Below the pieces are notes generated by a model. It did not search any database. It had not been told where the DNA came from and saw nothing but the letters and a program-made list of their open reading frames with translations. DNA of 64,000 nt from Octopus sinensis (lineage: Eukaryota): contig NC_043001.1 of assembly GCF_006345805.1 (NCBI RefSeq), forward strand, positions 28,334,001 through 28,398,000, read 5' to 3'. Below are positions 1 to 12,424 of the stretch, piece after piece. The translations under genes and the position numbers were made by a program. Positions within the stretch are counted from its first letter, which is position 1; each line of letters opens with the position of its first letter.

Positions 1-366
1 GACGCACAGAAGATTAATAAGCAATTGCTGGAGCGAACGGACACACACACACACATACATACACAGACACACACATACACACACACAGGCATATATATAT
101 ACCCACGCGCGCGTATACACACACACATATATATATGCTCAGGGTAAAAAGGAAGGCTATTGTATAAACCTAGAGAAAAACATTGTGTTTCACTGAAAAA
201 AGCCGAGAGTAAGAAAAGGTTAAATACAAACGTATAAAATATATATATATATATATATACGTGATCATAAAGACGTAGAATATCAAAGCCGTGTATGCGA
301 AGGCTTCTGAATGTAATTATGAGATTACCATGCATACACTTATGTACACACACAGGCGTATACTCA

Positions 367-410
<44 letters not shown>

Positions 411-965
411 TATATATGTGTGTGTGTGTCCGTGTGTTATTGTCCGTGTGTGTTTTCATAAAATTTCCATTTCTTGTACAAACGTTATGCAATTACTTTC
501 TGACAACTTGTCCTCCGAATTATTTTATCCTTGTACTCGTCACTGGAAGAAGGACACTACTGCTGGACATAAAGATGTAGTTTTCTATTTTGGTTGTATA
601 AAATATCTACCATTTTACCTACCGTGCCTTAAATATGATACGAATTCAATTACTCATAGCATACTGTTTCATTTTCTACAATCTCCTCTAATGATAACGA
701 ACAGACTTGACAGCTTCTCAGAATTCGTTCTATGAAATATTTCGTAAATCTTCGACATATTTGCAATTTATAGTATTATCCGCGTGTGTCTGTTTTTCGT
801 TTATTTTCTATTTTCTTTCTTGATTCGTTTTTGGTGTTTTGGGGTATTGTTTTATTAATAAAGCAAAGGATTTATTTTATTATACTTTGAAAACAACAGA
901 AGCTTAATTATGAAGATCACAACACAATACACTCTTTAAATTGTTAATTTCTTAGTCATCGTTTA

Positions 966-1261
966 CCGTAAATCCTCGAGTATAATCCGCATTTTTTCCC
1001 CAAAATTTAACGGTCAAAATCCCTAGTGCGTACTATATACGAAGTTCAAAATGCTATATAACAGCTAAGGACATTACCATTATTGTATTACACATGCGCG
1101 GAAGTGTTTGTTCGACTAGGTGCTGCTGGCTTAATTACGCCCGACTCAAGTTACAGAAGGGGTGTGTATTATACACAAGATTTAGATTTTTCAGAAGTAC
1201 AGCTCCCTAAAAATCCCCTGCGTATTATACTCAAGGGCGGACTATACTCGAGGATTTACAG
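966..1261. mobile_element. Non-autonomous Tc1/mariner-superfamily (pogo/Tigger-like) MITE
   Basis: 25-bp TIRs ccgtaaatcctcgagtataatccgc / revcomp ctgtaaatcctcgagtatagtccgc (2 mismatches); TA TSD at 964-965 and 1262-1263. Confidence 0.85.
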
Positions 1262-1507
1262 TATTTAACTTCATGCAGATAGACCCTGAAGAAGTTGCAC
1301 CGAAAATCGTGCCTGGTTGCATCTGCAACTGACTCGTGATCTATCGGGCGACTTTTAAGCTGGCTCCTGTGGAGGGCTCTTCATTGAGCCTTGAGCCCAA
1401 TAATGACACTTCATGCATTGAGTGCATATTAAATTTCATTAAACTTGACGAATATATTTCAAGCAATAAACATTTTTTATCAAAACAATGATATACACAC
1501 AAACATA

Positions 1508-1591
<84 letters not shown>

Positions 1592-1933
1592 CATATATAC
1601 GACGGGCTTCTTTCAATTTCCGTCTACTAAATCTACTCACAAGGCTTTGGTCGAGGTTGGTTGGGGGGGGGGGGGGCAATGTGGAATCAAAAGGATTTTT
1701 TGTTTCTGGGCTAGTCTGTCATGGTTCAGTGATTTTTGGGACTGATCTTAGAGGTCAGAATGTTATGACTGTGTGCGTCTCTGTGCATGTTTCTCTGTGT
1801 TTGTGTGTATATACATGTGCTTGTGTTTGTGTGTGTGAGCCGTTTTTGATTGGTCCCAGAGTTTATTGTGGCGTGTGTATATGGATATGTGTGTGTTTTA
1901 TATTTAGTAGGATGGTGTGTGTATATGTGTGCA

Positions 1934-2075
1934 CGTTTCTTGAACCACCATTGTGCTGTACGTTCATTAGTGGTTCCTGGGCCAAACGTATCTTGATATC
2001 GAGAGCTGTTTCAGCAATTTTTCGGTCTAGCTTGAACTGAAATAAGAAAATTGCGCGAATTTGCTTTTTGTCCAC
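1934..2075 (-). pseudogene. Mariner (Hsmar1-like) transposase N-terminal fragment, frameshifted
   Basis: DKKQIRAIFLFQFKLDRKIAET then, after a frameshift, FGPGTTNERTAQWWFKK; matches the mariner N-terminal HTH. Confidence 0.85.
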
Positions 2076-2676
2076 GTTGTATTCAACGTTCCGGAAAAAA
2101 ATGGCCTAATTATTCAAAAAGAAAATGAGTAACGCGATTAGATAGAGCGGAAAACGGGCTTTAACGTGATATATAAAGTCAAAGTAATTTAACGAAAAAT
2201 TAATTTGAAAATACATCATTTAGAAGCAAAATTTAAAATTCTGGATGAACTTTCTTGACAACCTAATACTAACTGCTTAGATAATCTCAATTGATCGAGG
2301 TTTTACAACCCATTTTTTTCCGTATGTAAGACTCCACCATATCTATGTTTAGTATGCAGAACATTCCCTCGAGGTGTTTTTATTGTCACAGAACATATTG
2401 TAGCAGTAATGAGTAAATTGCGAGACTAATGCATCTTCCATTTATCTAAATGATTATTAAAATACTCTCTAGTTTCTATAAATTGCTCTATTTTTCAAAT
2501 GAGGAAATGAGTTACTTCCATCGCTGGCAACGTTGTTGCGTATTTTTCCTAAATATCGTTATTTTCTTACTTGTTATCTAATACTGCCATTATCCAAGCT
2601 ATTATGACTATCCATCCATCATCTCTGGTTTGTATAACATGATGTTATATAAGTTATATGACATAATGTAAATATT

Positions 2677-2909
2677 TTTCTTTATTTGTTTCAGTCATTT
2701 GACTGCGGCCATGCTGGAGCACTGCCTTAAAGGACTGTAGCAAAAAAGAAAAAAAAAACATCGACTCCAGGACTTATTTATTGTAAGCCTAGAACATATT
2801 TTATCCGTCTCTTTCTCCGAACCGCTAAGCTTCGGGGACATAAACACACCAAAATCGGTTGTCAAGCGATGGCGGGGTCCAAACACAGACAGACACGCAC
2901 ACACAACTA

Positions 2910-2970
<61 letters not shown>

Positions 2971-3147
2971 ACACACAAATAATATATACATATATATACG
3001 ACGTGCTTCTTTCAGTTTCCGTCTACCAAATCCACTCACAGGACTTCGGTCGGTCTGGGAATATATATTAGACACTTGCCCAAGGTGCCATGCAGTGAGA
3101 CTGAACCTCAACCGTGTGGCTGGATAGTAATTTTCTTACCACACCAC
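2677..3147 (-). mobile_element. SINE family A, near full length (tRNA-like head, internal (TA)n(TG)n, tail gactgaaacaagtaaaag)
   Basis: Collinear with copies at 9915-10311, 38790-39225 and 51765-52160; fragments also at 1601-1657 and 7385-7520. Confidence 0.9.
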
Positions 3148-3261
3148 ACAACCAAACGCTATATAAGCGGTATAACAGTTATTTAAACGACAAAATATAT
3201 ACACTAAACTTATAGTTGCCACATTACATTCTGTAATGTGTGTGCGTGTGTGTATTAATAT

Positions 3262-3262
3262 G

Positions 3263-3314
<52 letters not shown>

Positions 3315-3616
3315 ATCTATCTATCTGTCTGTCTGTCTATCTTTCTTTCTTTCTATTTATACATATATACATACACACACATACATATATATATACATAC
3401 ATACATATATACATAAACACACATACATACATACATACATACATATATACATACACACACATACATACATACATACATACATACATACATACATACATAC
3501 ATACATACATCCATCCATACTTACATACATCCATACATACATACATACATACATACATACATACATACATACATACATACATACATACATACATACATAC
3601 ATACATACATACATAC
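3262..3616. repeat. Compound (TCTA)n / (TACA)n microsatellite
   Basis: Direct inspection. Confidence 0.95.
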
Positions 3617-4290
3617 ACAGTGGAAATTAGCTGCCCAGTGGATGTTAACATAAAGCTGAACATCAGTGAAAAAGAGAACACCTATGCTGAACTATTGAGA
3701 AATCTGCATTTACTCTATCCAGATTACAAGCTAGGGATTATACCTGTAATTATTGGGGCCCTCGGACATGTAGCACACTGCCTAAATAGCTATCTTGTGA
3801 AATTAGGCTTCTCAAAATCAGAAAGGAGGAAGCTAATTCGGAGAGTACAGATCCAATCCATCACTTTCCAGAAGTTTATCGTTTAAATATATATGTGCAT
3901 GTCTAGATATATAACTCTATGCTTGAGAATACATACATAAAACATACAAATCTGCACATACATACATACATACATACATACATACATACATACATACATA
4001 CATACATACATACATACATACATACATACATCATACATACATGCATACACGCATACATACATACATACATACATACATACATACATACATACATACATAC
4101 ACGCATACATACATACACGCATACATACATACATACATACATACATACATACATACATACATACATACATACATACATACATACATACCCTGTTTTTAAT
4201 GTTGAAATTCCAATGAAGTAACCTTAGATCTAGGTTAGAAACCGGTTCTTTCTCTATTGGCAAAAAATCTTGAAATAAACCGAATAATGA
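3617..4290 (+). mobile_element. 5'-truncated R4/Dong-like (RLE-type) non-LTR retrotransposon: end of ORF plus 3' UTR containing (TACA)n
   Basis: TVEISCPVDVNIKLNISEKENTYAELLRNLHLLYPDYKLGIIPVIIGALG...QIQSITFQKFIV resembles the C-terminal restriction-like endonuclease domain; the 3' UTR recurs at 50700-50935. Confidence 0.8.
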
Positions 4291-4690
4291 CACACATACA
4301 TACATACATACATACATACACACACACACATACATACATACACACGCACATACATACATACATACATACATATATACATACATACATACATACATACATA
4401 CATACATACATACATACATACATACATACAAATCAGCTCGGCAGTCTATCATGTGAGGCTCGAAACGTATACTTGTCATAATATTTGAATTTCTATGGAA
4501 TGCTGTAAATTCTTATGAAGTACACTGGACTCACAGTTTTATGTACTGCAGAGTAAACCAACATTATTGTTATGTATTCTAAAATGGAAAAAAACTGAAC
4601 TGATGTTGTATATAGAACATCGGAGATAGGATTCTAAATGATAATTTAGTTTACTAAATTATAGTTAAAGCTGATCCTGGAAAAATATAT

Positions 4691-5111
4691 GGGATCTTTT
4701 CGGTTTGAACGGCAGTTTTTAATATAATTTCTAGGTAACTAAAAAAATTTTAACTCCGTATACTGGTAGAATGTGTTTATAAAACATCTTTTTCTCTTGG
4801 CTTTATTGAGAAAATTCTATAGTTTGTAAGATATTTGGTCTTTAATTTTTTGCATTTCGGCAATTTCAACCAATCAATGACCGTCTATTGAGGTGAAAAC
4901 ATTCTGTGCCGTATGAATATGTCTCTCGTTTAAGAAACAGATTGGGTTTATTTACATTTGTGAAGAAAAAATATACTCTTCCCCCCCCCCCCCCTAACCC
5001 TAACCTTAAAACAGATTGAAATGCAATAGATTGATACTAGGGTCATAATTATGGGTGACAATTTCATATGACACCGCTAGAAAAAACTGCCGTTCAAACC
5101 GAAAAAATCCA
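4691..5111. mobile_element. Non-autonomous DNA transposon (MITE), ~28-bp TIRs, ATAT flanks (superfamily uncertain, Sola-like)
   Basis: gggatcttttcggtttgaacggcagttttt vs revcomp of aaaaaactgccgttcaaaccgaaaaaatcca; atatat on both sides. Confidence 0.8.
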
Positions 5112-6756
5112 ATATATCTAATTCCTATATATAAAGAAGAATTAACTAATGATGAAGGTATTGGTATCAAAATCCAGAGTTCGTGGGTTCGGTTTCGTAA
5201 TCGAGCAGGGATTTGCGTCCTTAACGAAAGCACTTCAATATACGGTGCTTCATTCTATTTCGAAGTAATTAGAATCAGCCGAGTACTGGTGCAACCCTCA
5301 CTAACTTCAGCTCTTAAATACTTGATAATCTGCGGTGTCAAGGGTTGAAGAGTCGAGGGGTTGTGTGTGTCATTTTGCGTCTACATACGCACCTTAGCAA
5401 AAACATGACACACACTTTTAGGCCATACTCGCTTGTGAGTGACGGCTGTCCTGTGAATTTATATCTAATATGCGTTGAAGCTGCATTCTCTTTAAATTTT
5501 ACATTTTAGGTCCCTAATAACTATAGGATCCTATACCTTCTCCTTCTACCTAATCTAAACCCTGACAATCTGTCTTTTAAATTTCATTACCACTTACATA
5601 CCTTATCGTCATGCAGAAAATGCACCGTTCTATCTCTAATAATTGAATACAAATTTATCTGCTGTTCCTAGGGTAAAGTCACGAATGACCCACTCTTAAA
5701 AATCTGAAAAAGATAGTAAATGACTAGCTTATTTAATGACGTCAGGCCAACAAAAATTTCTTTTTACGCTCATTATTTCTGAAAATAATTTTGGAAACGT
5801 AGCTGCAAAAGATAAATTAAGGTACTTGTGCCTGAAGTTAAGAACTTTGATTTGCTAGCTGAAGTGCTTCACTAAAGAGCACAGTAATAAAACGGAAATT
5901 ACTCAGTTGGAATATGATTCACGTTTTGAAACTAAAATTCCAAACTGAAATTGCTTCTCACTTTTAGAAAAAAAAAATCTATTAGTTTCAGCCAATTTTA
6001 AATTATTGCACATTATTTCCCCGATTTACCAGCTGTCCTGTTTCTTCCTTCCATACAATCTATATACAGTTCTTTTAAACCACCCCCAGGGAAACATTTA
6101 TTTTTCTCTTCAACGGCGATCAGTTTTGAATGCAAACTTCCATAATATTTAACTATGTAAAAATAATTTACTCCAGACATAATAATTGTATTAAACGAAA
6201 TAATAATAATAATAATAATAATAACAACGACGACGACAACAACAACAACTACAACAACAGCAGCAACATCGACAACAACAGCAACTTTAAAGATGTAAGT
6301 CATTTCGCCATAATCAACGTTAAATTAACGACGGATCTGAAATATTAGTTTGACAGTTCGCTATTCCAAATTCTCGCGATTTAAGCAAATACCCTACCTG
6401 CGAGCAAAACAGTTTCTACGAAGTCGCTCTGCTTCTAAGAAATTGAAGTCATATTTCAAGCTAGATTTTTAAAAAGAAAAAGAAAAAAACTACAGAACCA
6501 TATCGGGTAAACATGTCTAGAATGCGCAGAGATGCTCAGGACGAGTCAACAAGGAAGATTATTCCTGGTATCACGATCTTCTAAATGTAACAACCAAATT
6601 TTCCTCAAATCACACACTATCATATTATAAAGAGAAAGAAGAACATTTGATGTTGTAGAATTTAATGCGAGACGTTTGAAATATAAAAAGATGCGATTGT
6701 CACGGCTAGAATGCCTTTACCCATAGCTTTCCTTTTTTCATAGGATTAATCTAGGG

Positions 6757-6997
6757 TGGAGATGTGTGGCTTAGTGATTAGGGTGTCAACACTATGATGG
6801 TAAGATTGTGGTTTCGATTCCTGGACTGGGCGACGCGTTGTGTTCTTGAGCAAAACACTTCATTTCACGTTGCTCCAGTCCACTCAGCTGGCAAAAATGA
6901 GTACGCTGAGATGGACTGGCGTCCCATCCAGCTGGGGGACACGGGAAACCGGGCCCGTGAGCCTGGCTAGGCTTTAAAAGGGCGCATTTATTATTTT
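6757..6997 (+). mobile_element. SINE family E, full length with 12-bp TSD
   Basis: A box (tggcttagtgattag) and B box (ggtttcgattcc); central ttgagcaaaacacttcatttcacgttgctccag domain; TSD attaatctaggg at 6745-6756 and 6998-7009. Confidence 0.85.
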
Positions 6998-7092
6998 ATT
7001 AATCTAGGGCAAAATAACACCAACAACAGCAATGACTACCCTGAGTAATTTACAACTATGAGAATGTATACATTAACATTATTACTACTTAC

Positions 7093-7245
7093 GGCGGCGA
7101 GCCGGCAGAATCGTTAGCACGCTGGACGAAATGATTAACGGCATTTCACCCGTTGCTACGTTCTGAGTTCAAATTCCGCCGGGGTCGTCTTTGCTTTTCA
7201 TTCTTTCGGGATTGATAAATTAAGTACCAGTGAAATACTGGGGTT
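7093..7245 (+). mobile_element. SINE family B, 3'-truncated
   Basis: ggcggcgagccggcagaatcgttagc head and B box gagttcaaattcc. Confidence 0.85.
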
Positions 7246-7587
7246 CAAGAAATATATAGTAAACTTAAACATCATTTACATTTCTACGCTCGTCAAAATA
7301 GACACATTCTAGTATACACCCTCATAAATTTGTAGAAATATACCCAAGAACACCCCCATAACTAATTCTTTTAAATTTCAGTTTCCATTTGCCAAATCTA
7401 CTCACAACTTTTATCGGCCCGAAGCTATAGTAGAAGGCACAAGGTACCACGTAGTGAGACTGAACCCAGAACCATGTGATTGGGAAACTAACTTCTTATC
7501 ACACAGTCCTGTCTACACCTATATAAACACACACGCACTAAAACGCACGCACGCACACACACACATACACACACATTTTCTCACGCC

Positions 7588-7635
7588 GTCTCTGAAGAAG
7601 GGATATCGATAATATCCCAGAAACAGCTGTAAGAC
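7588..7635 (+). ncRNA. Minimal type-I hammerhead ribozyme motif at a Penelope-like element end
   Basis: GUCU-CUGAAGA-A-GGGAUA(UCGAUAA)UAUCCC-A-GAAAC-AGCU-GUA-AGAC: stems I and II pair; palindromic stem III ACAGCUGU; followed by an AT-rich tail ending in (TA)n. Confidence 0.7.
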
Positions 7636-7698
7636 TATTTCATTATAAATGTCCTGAAAACTTCTCACACATTTGGATTTGCTATTCCATTCTGTCTA

Positions 7699-7730
<32 letters not shown>

Positions 7731-7875
7731 GGGAGAATTCACAAAAACAACAAAAGGCGAGGACAGGTGGTGTTACACAACAAACAGATGTATTAGTTTA
7801 ACGCTCGGTAAGTAAAAAGGTCTTTAACGTTTCGAGCCTACGCTCTTCCACAGAAAGAAACAGGGAGAGAAAATA
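7731..7875 (-). mobile_element. PLE-end family P1 with hammerhead-like motif (7821-7858)
   Basis: Minus strand ucuuu-CUGUGGA-A-gagc(guag)gcuc-GAA-ACGU-U-aaaga; same family at 33897-34110 (-) and 47245-47440 (+); abuts (TA)n. Confidence 0.7.
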
Positions 7876-8479
7876 TGTATGTATGTATGTAAATGTATAT
7901 ACACGTATTATATGCACGTATCTTTTTCCTGTTTCTTGTATTCTCTTTCTCGTACAGTCTTCTCACTATTTCACTTTGAATACATTTTGAATTCGGGGTT
8001 TGGAGCAGAAAGGTTTTTCCCTAGTCTTGTCTGTATCCGTCATTCTTCACCTCCTGCTTTTATTTTTAATGTACACCCTCATTTCAATTCTTTCCTTGTA
8101 TATTCGTCATGTGTTATGAAAATGTTTATTTCTGCCCTCAATAAAGACATTTCTTTTTAAACGAATTATTATCTCTTGCTTGATAAGTTCAATAACATAA
8201 TGGATTGATTCACTCTTTGCAGCTGAATCGTTCTGAAATTGTCTTTCGCTCCATTTCCGTCGACAGCTCCGCTATATCAACAAAAATGTCAATATAAGAT
8301 TAAAATATAAATCTACATACATACATACGTGTGTATGCGTCCGTATGTGTATGTGTGTGCGTAGGTATGTATATGTATAAACATGCATTTATGTATGCAT
8401 CAATCTCTATATACATATGTGTGTGCATGTGTTTGTAGATACGTACATGTATACACACATGCATTTATGCATGCAGCAT

Positions 8480-8536
<57 letters not shown>

Positions 8537-8577
8537 AGATATAGATATGTGTGTGTGTGTGTGTGTTTATGTGTATG

Positions 8578-8850
8578 TGACCGTGACCGTGACCGACCAG
8601 GCTATCAGATGTTGCTACACATCGCTGGTCACAATGCGCTTCGCATTGTTTTAGCCTTCAAATGACGCCACCCCGCTGGCTAAGCGAGCAGGCCGATAGA
8701 AGAACGAGTGAGAGAAAGTTGTGGCGAATGAGTACAGCAGGGATCGCCACCCACCCCCTACAGGAGCTCGATGAGCTTTAGGTGTTTTCGCTCAATAAAC
8801 ACTCACAACGCCCGGTCTGGGAATCGAAACAGCGATCCATTGCGCCTCCA
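8578..8850 (-). mobile_element. SINE family C with (GGTCAC)n-ending tail
   Basis: Shares the head and central domain (tgtactc..ccacaactttctctcactc) with 37700-37999; same tail at 61580-61730. Confidence 0.8.
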
Positions 8851-8893
8851 TATGTATATGTATAGTTATATAAATATATGAATAATATATATT

Positions 8894-8941
<48 letters not shown>

Positions 8942-9809
8942 AAATTATATGTATAGATATATATAATTACCTATATATATATGTGTGTGTGTATAATTAT
9001 ACACATACGCGCAAGCTCTCGCGCGCGCACACACACACATACACACATACACTCACACACATTCACAGAGACATGCTTACATCCACATATACGTTTTAAT
9101 ATTTCCGATAAGATGGTGTATGATAAGAACGTCTTCTGCTGGTTTTGTCAGTAAGCTGTGCTCAGCTCAGCAGAAATATGATGTCAGCTGGTTATCCCGA
9201 TATTTGCTAACCTTACATGGCAGCCAATGACACCGACGGGTGTCTAAAGCCAAACACTGACTACATATTTACTCTAGGTTTTCAAGCAATATAACAAAAC
9301 AAAAAAAAATATTTGCTTGACGAGTCAATGCAACGGTGAACTCGCGTTCAATATTAGATAAAAGGATAACGTAGAACTAGATGTGGAGGAGTGGAAGGCG
9401 GAGACGTAGTTACTTCTAATGACGCCATTTTCTGTATTCTCAGTTCTTTTTGTTTAAAGGAAATTGTTGGTATTAGAGTTATGTGTCTCACAACGAAGTT
9501 AGTACAGCAGGATAATTTCTCGTGAGCATATATATTAGAATTGATATCATATGGATTCATCATCGAAATACAAAGATTTTCGTATACAATCACATACGTA
9601 TGAGCATATGTGAGTGCATATTTAGCTGTTTGTATATATACAAACGTACTTGCACTAGCAGCAAAATGAGCCTTACACACGCGCACACACAGTTATATAC
9701 ACATATACAAGCATACACACAAAAATATACACACATGCATACATATGTGTATGTGTATATGCCTGAACACACTCATACGCATATATATGTATAAATAAAT
9801 AAATAAATA

Positions 9810-9909
<100 letters not shown>

Positions 9910-9914
9910 CTTCT

Positions 9915-10309
9915 TTTCTTTTACTTGTTTCCGTCATTTTGACTGCGGCCATGCTGGAGCACCGCCTTTTTAGTCGAGAAAATCGACCCCGGGACTTATT
10001 CTTTGTAAGCCCAGTACTTATTCTATCGGTCTCTTTTGCCGAACCGCTAAGTGACGGGGATGTAAACACACCAGCATCGGTTGTCAAGCAATGCTAGAGG
10101 GACAAACACACACATACACATACACACATATATATATATACATATATACGATGGGCTTCTTTCAGTTTCCGTCTACCAAATCCACTCACAAGGCATTGGT
10201 CGGCCCGGGGCTATAGCAGAAGACACTTGCCCAAGATGCCACGCAGTGGTACTGAACCCGGAACCATGTGGTTGGTTAGCAAGCTACTTACCACACAGCC
10301 ACTCCTGCG

Positions 10310-10311
<2 letters not shown>
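9915..10311 (-). mobile_element. SINE family A, full length, low divergence
   Basis: Head ggcgcaggagtggctgtgtggtaag, B-box-like gggttcagtacc, complete tail. Confidence 0.9.
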
Positions 10312-10356
<45 letters not shown>

Positions 10357-10559
10357 TTATTTATTTATACGCGAATATAAATATTTTTATATGCATATAT
10401 GTGTATGAGTGCATGTATATATATGCATTTCTATGTATATGTACATTTAAATGTATATATGCGAGTGGGTGGCCAAAGAAAATCGCACTAATACATATGG
10501 TAGAAGTTACATATATAACTGAATCACAGTTTGACTCATTTTCATAGAAATTATAGTTT

Positions 10560-11400
10560 CAAAAGCCTGAAGGATGTACCTATCCCGCCAAGCACGTAGA
10601 GGAGAATAAAGGGATTACGAGATTAAATTCAAGATTGCTTCTAGATATTTAGGCTTCTCTTGGTCAATTTTGGTCATGTGGTGGTCTTTGTCTGGAAGCG
10701 AAAACAGGACTTTTTTAATTTGGAGTACCCAGCTTTGATGATGTTTGGTTACAACTGAGGCTAACTAATCAATATGGATGAGACTGATCAACATGGGTAA
10801 GGATGAAGTGCATACGGGTGGCTGAGATTAAATAATCAGCCCTTTTGTGGTTGGTAACCAAACCTAGGTTTGTATATCTGGAATTTCAGCAGCCAGTGGT
10901 TTGCAGTTCATTAAAAGGGCGTACCGCTTGTGGCAACAATCAAATAGCTCATTCTTTCTATTCATGAATACTGCAGTTTGGTGAAGTATGAGTAGTCGCT
11001 TCGGGGCAGTACTGGCAATTACAAGTTCCAAGTAATTAAAGGATTACCTGTGAGTTATACACCATTTAATACTAGGGAAATCGCTCCGATGTTCGTTGAG
11101 TCTCCAGGTGAAACGGGAAAGGGACGTGGAGTTTTTCCTTCTCTCTGCACCTAAAAGAGAACATATGTAATATATGCGTTCGCTTGAAGTAATGTCATGT
11201 CCTGTAATGTCTTGTAACGCAAACAGTTTGTGGGAATATGGATCTTTAGACCATAACTCTTAGGAGGAAAGATCCTTCCAGTAGGCAGTTTGTAAGATTA
11301 CGTAATTTACAGGTGTGGGTGTGATTTGGAGGCTGGAGCAGTGTGCTTGCGTCACTTGTAGCGTGTTATGTTAGAAGCGATGTTCTCTAAGTAACAGTAA
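10560..11400 (-). pseudogene. Degenerate Penelope-like element, GIY-YIG endonuclease C-terminal region plus 3' sequence
   Basis: Manual minus-strand translation across frameshifts: TCKLRNLTNCLLEG; HMFSFRCRERRKNSTSLSRFTWRLNEHRSDFPSIKWCI; CQYCPE; MNRKNELFDCCHKRYALLMNCK. These follow the order of PLE motifs CNCR..CPL.G.C / NSTSLS..W / IKW / C..C..E / LN.R.EL...C.H. Confidence 0.75.
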
Positions 11401-11498
11401 CTAATCTTTATGTTGTGGGGGTTGAAAGCCTATAATGCTTTGGGTTATACTTTAAAATTTTATACGGCACTACGTCTGTAAACAAATTATATAAATCA

Positions 11499-12207
11499 GG
11501 CGCAGGCGTTGTTATGTGGTAAGAAGGTGGTGAGCTGGCAGAAACGTTAGCACGCCGGACAAAATGCTTAGCGGTATTTCGTCTGCTGTTACGTTCTGAG
11601 TTGAAATTCCGCCGAGGTCGACTTTGCCTTTCATCCTTTCGGGGTCGACTAAATAAGTACCAGTTACGCACTGGGGTTGATATAATCGACTTAATCCCTT
11701 TGTCTGTTCTTGTTTGTCCTCTCTGTGTTTAGCCCCTTGTGGATAGTAAAGAAATAAGTATTTCGTCTGTCGCTACGTTGTGAGTTCAAATTCCGCGGAG
11801 GTCGACTTTGCCTTTCATCCTTTCGGGGTCGATAAATTAAGTACCAGTTACGCACTGGTGTCGATTTAATCGACTTAATCCGTTTGTCTGTCCTTGTTTG
11901 CCCCCTTTATGTTAAGCCCCATGTGGGCAATAAAGAAATAAGAAGTTTGATTCTGAATCATTTTGTCCCGGCTTCAGTCCCGCTGCATCGCAACTTGGGA
12001 AAGTATCTACCACTATAGTCATGGACCGACCAAAACCTTGTGAACGGATTTGGTAGGCGAATACTGAGAGATAGTCGTTCTGCATATGATACCGATAAAA
12101 TAAGCACGATGCTTAAAAATATATAAGTACTGGAGTTGATTTGTTCGACTAAAACACATTGCGGTGGTACCCCAGCATGGCCGTAGTCTAATGACTGAAA
12201 CAATAGA
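11499..12207 (+). mobile_element. Old SINE-A interrupted by a SINE-B head-to-tail dimer (11527-11938)
   Basis: SINE-A head stops at gtggtaagaag and resumes at taagaagtttg; 7-bp TSD taagaag at 11520-11526 and 11939-11945. Confidence 0.8.
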
Positions 12208-12424
12208 TAAATTAGAAATATTAGACATTCGTTAAGATTGGTCTTGGTTATTACGCAGCCTAAACGTGGACATTAATTGAAAACAGGAAAGGATGTTGCC
12301 ATAACCGATACACTTCTCTATCGAAAATTATTTAATCTCTGTCACCACTTGTCTTGTTGAATTATTACAAATATGTGCTCTACCAAAAGTATTGAGTACT
12401 ACTTTAGTTTGTACATATATTGCC

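Noticed and set aside
4992-5005. Telomeric (CCCTAA)n seed
   Set aside because: Only about two units, inside a MITE.
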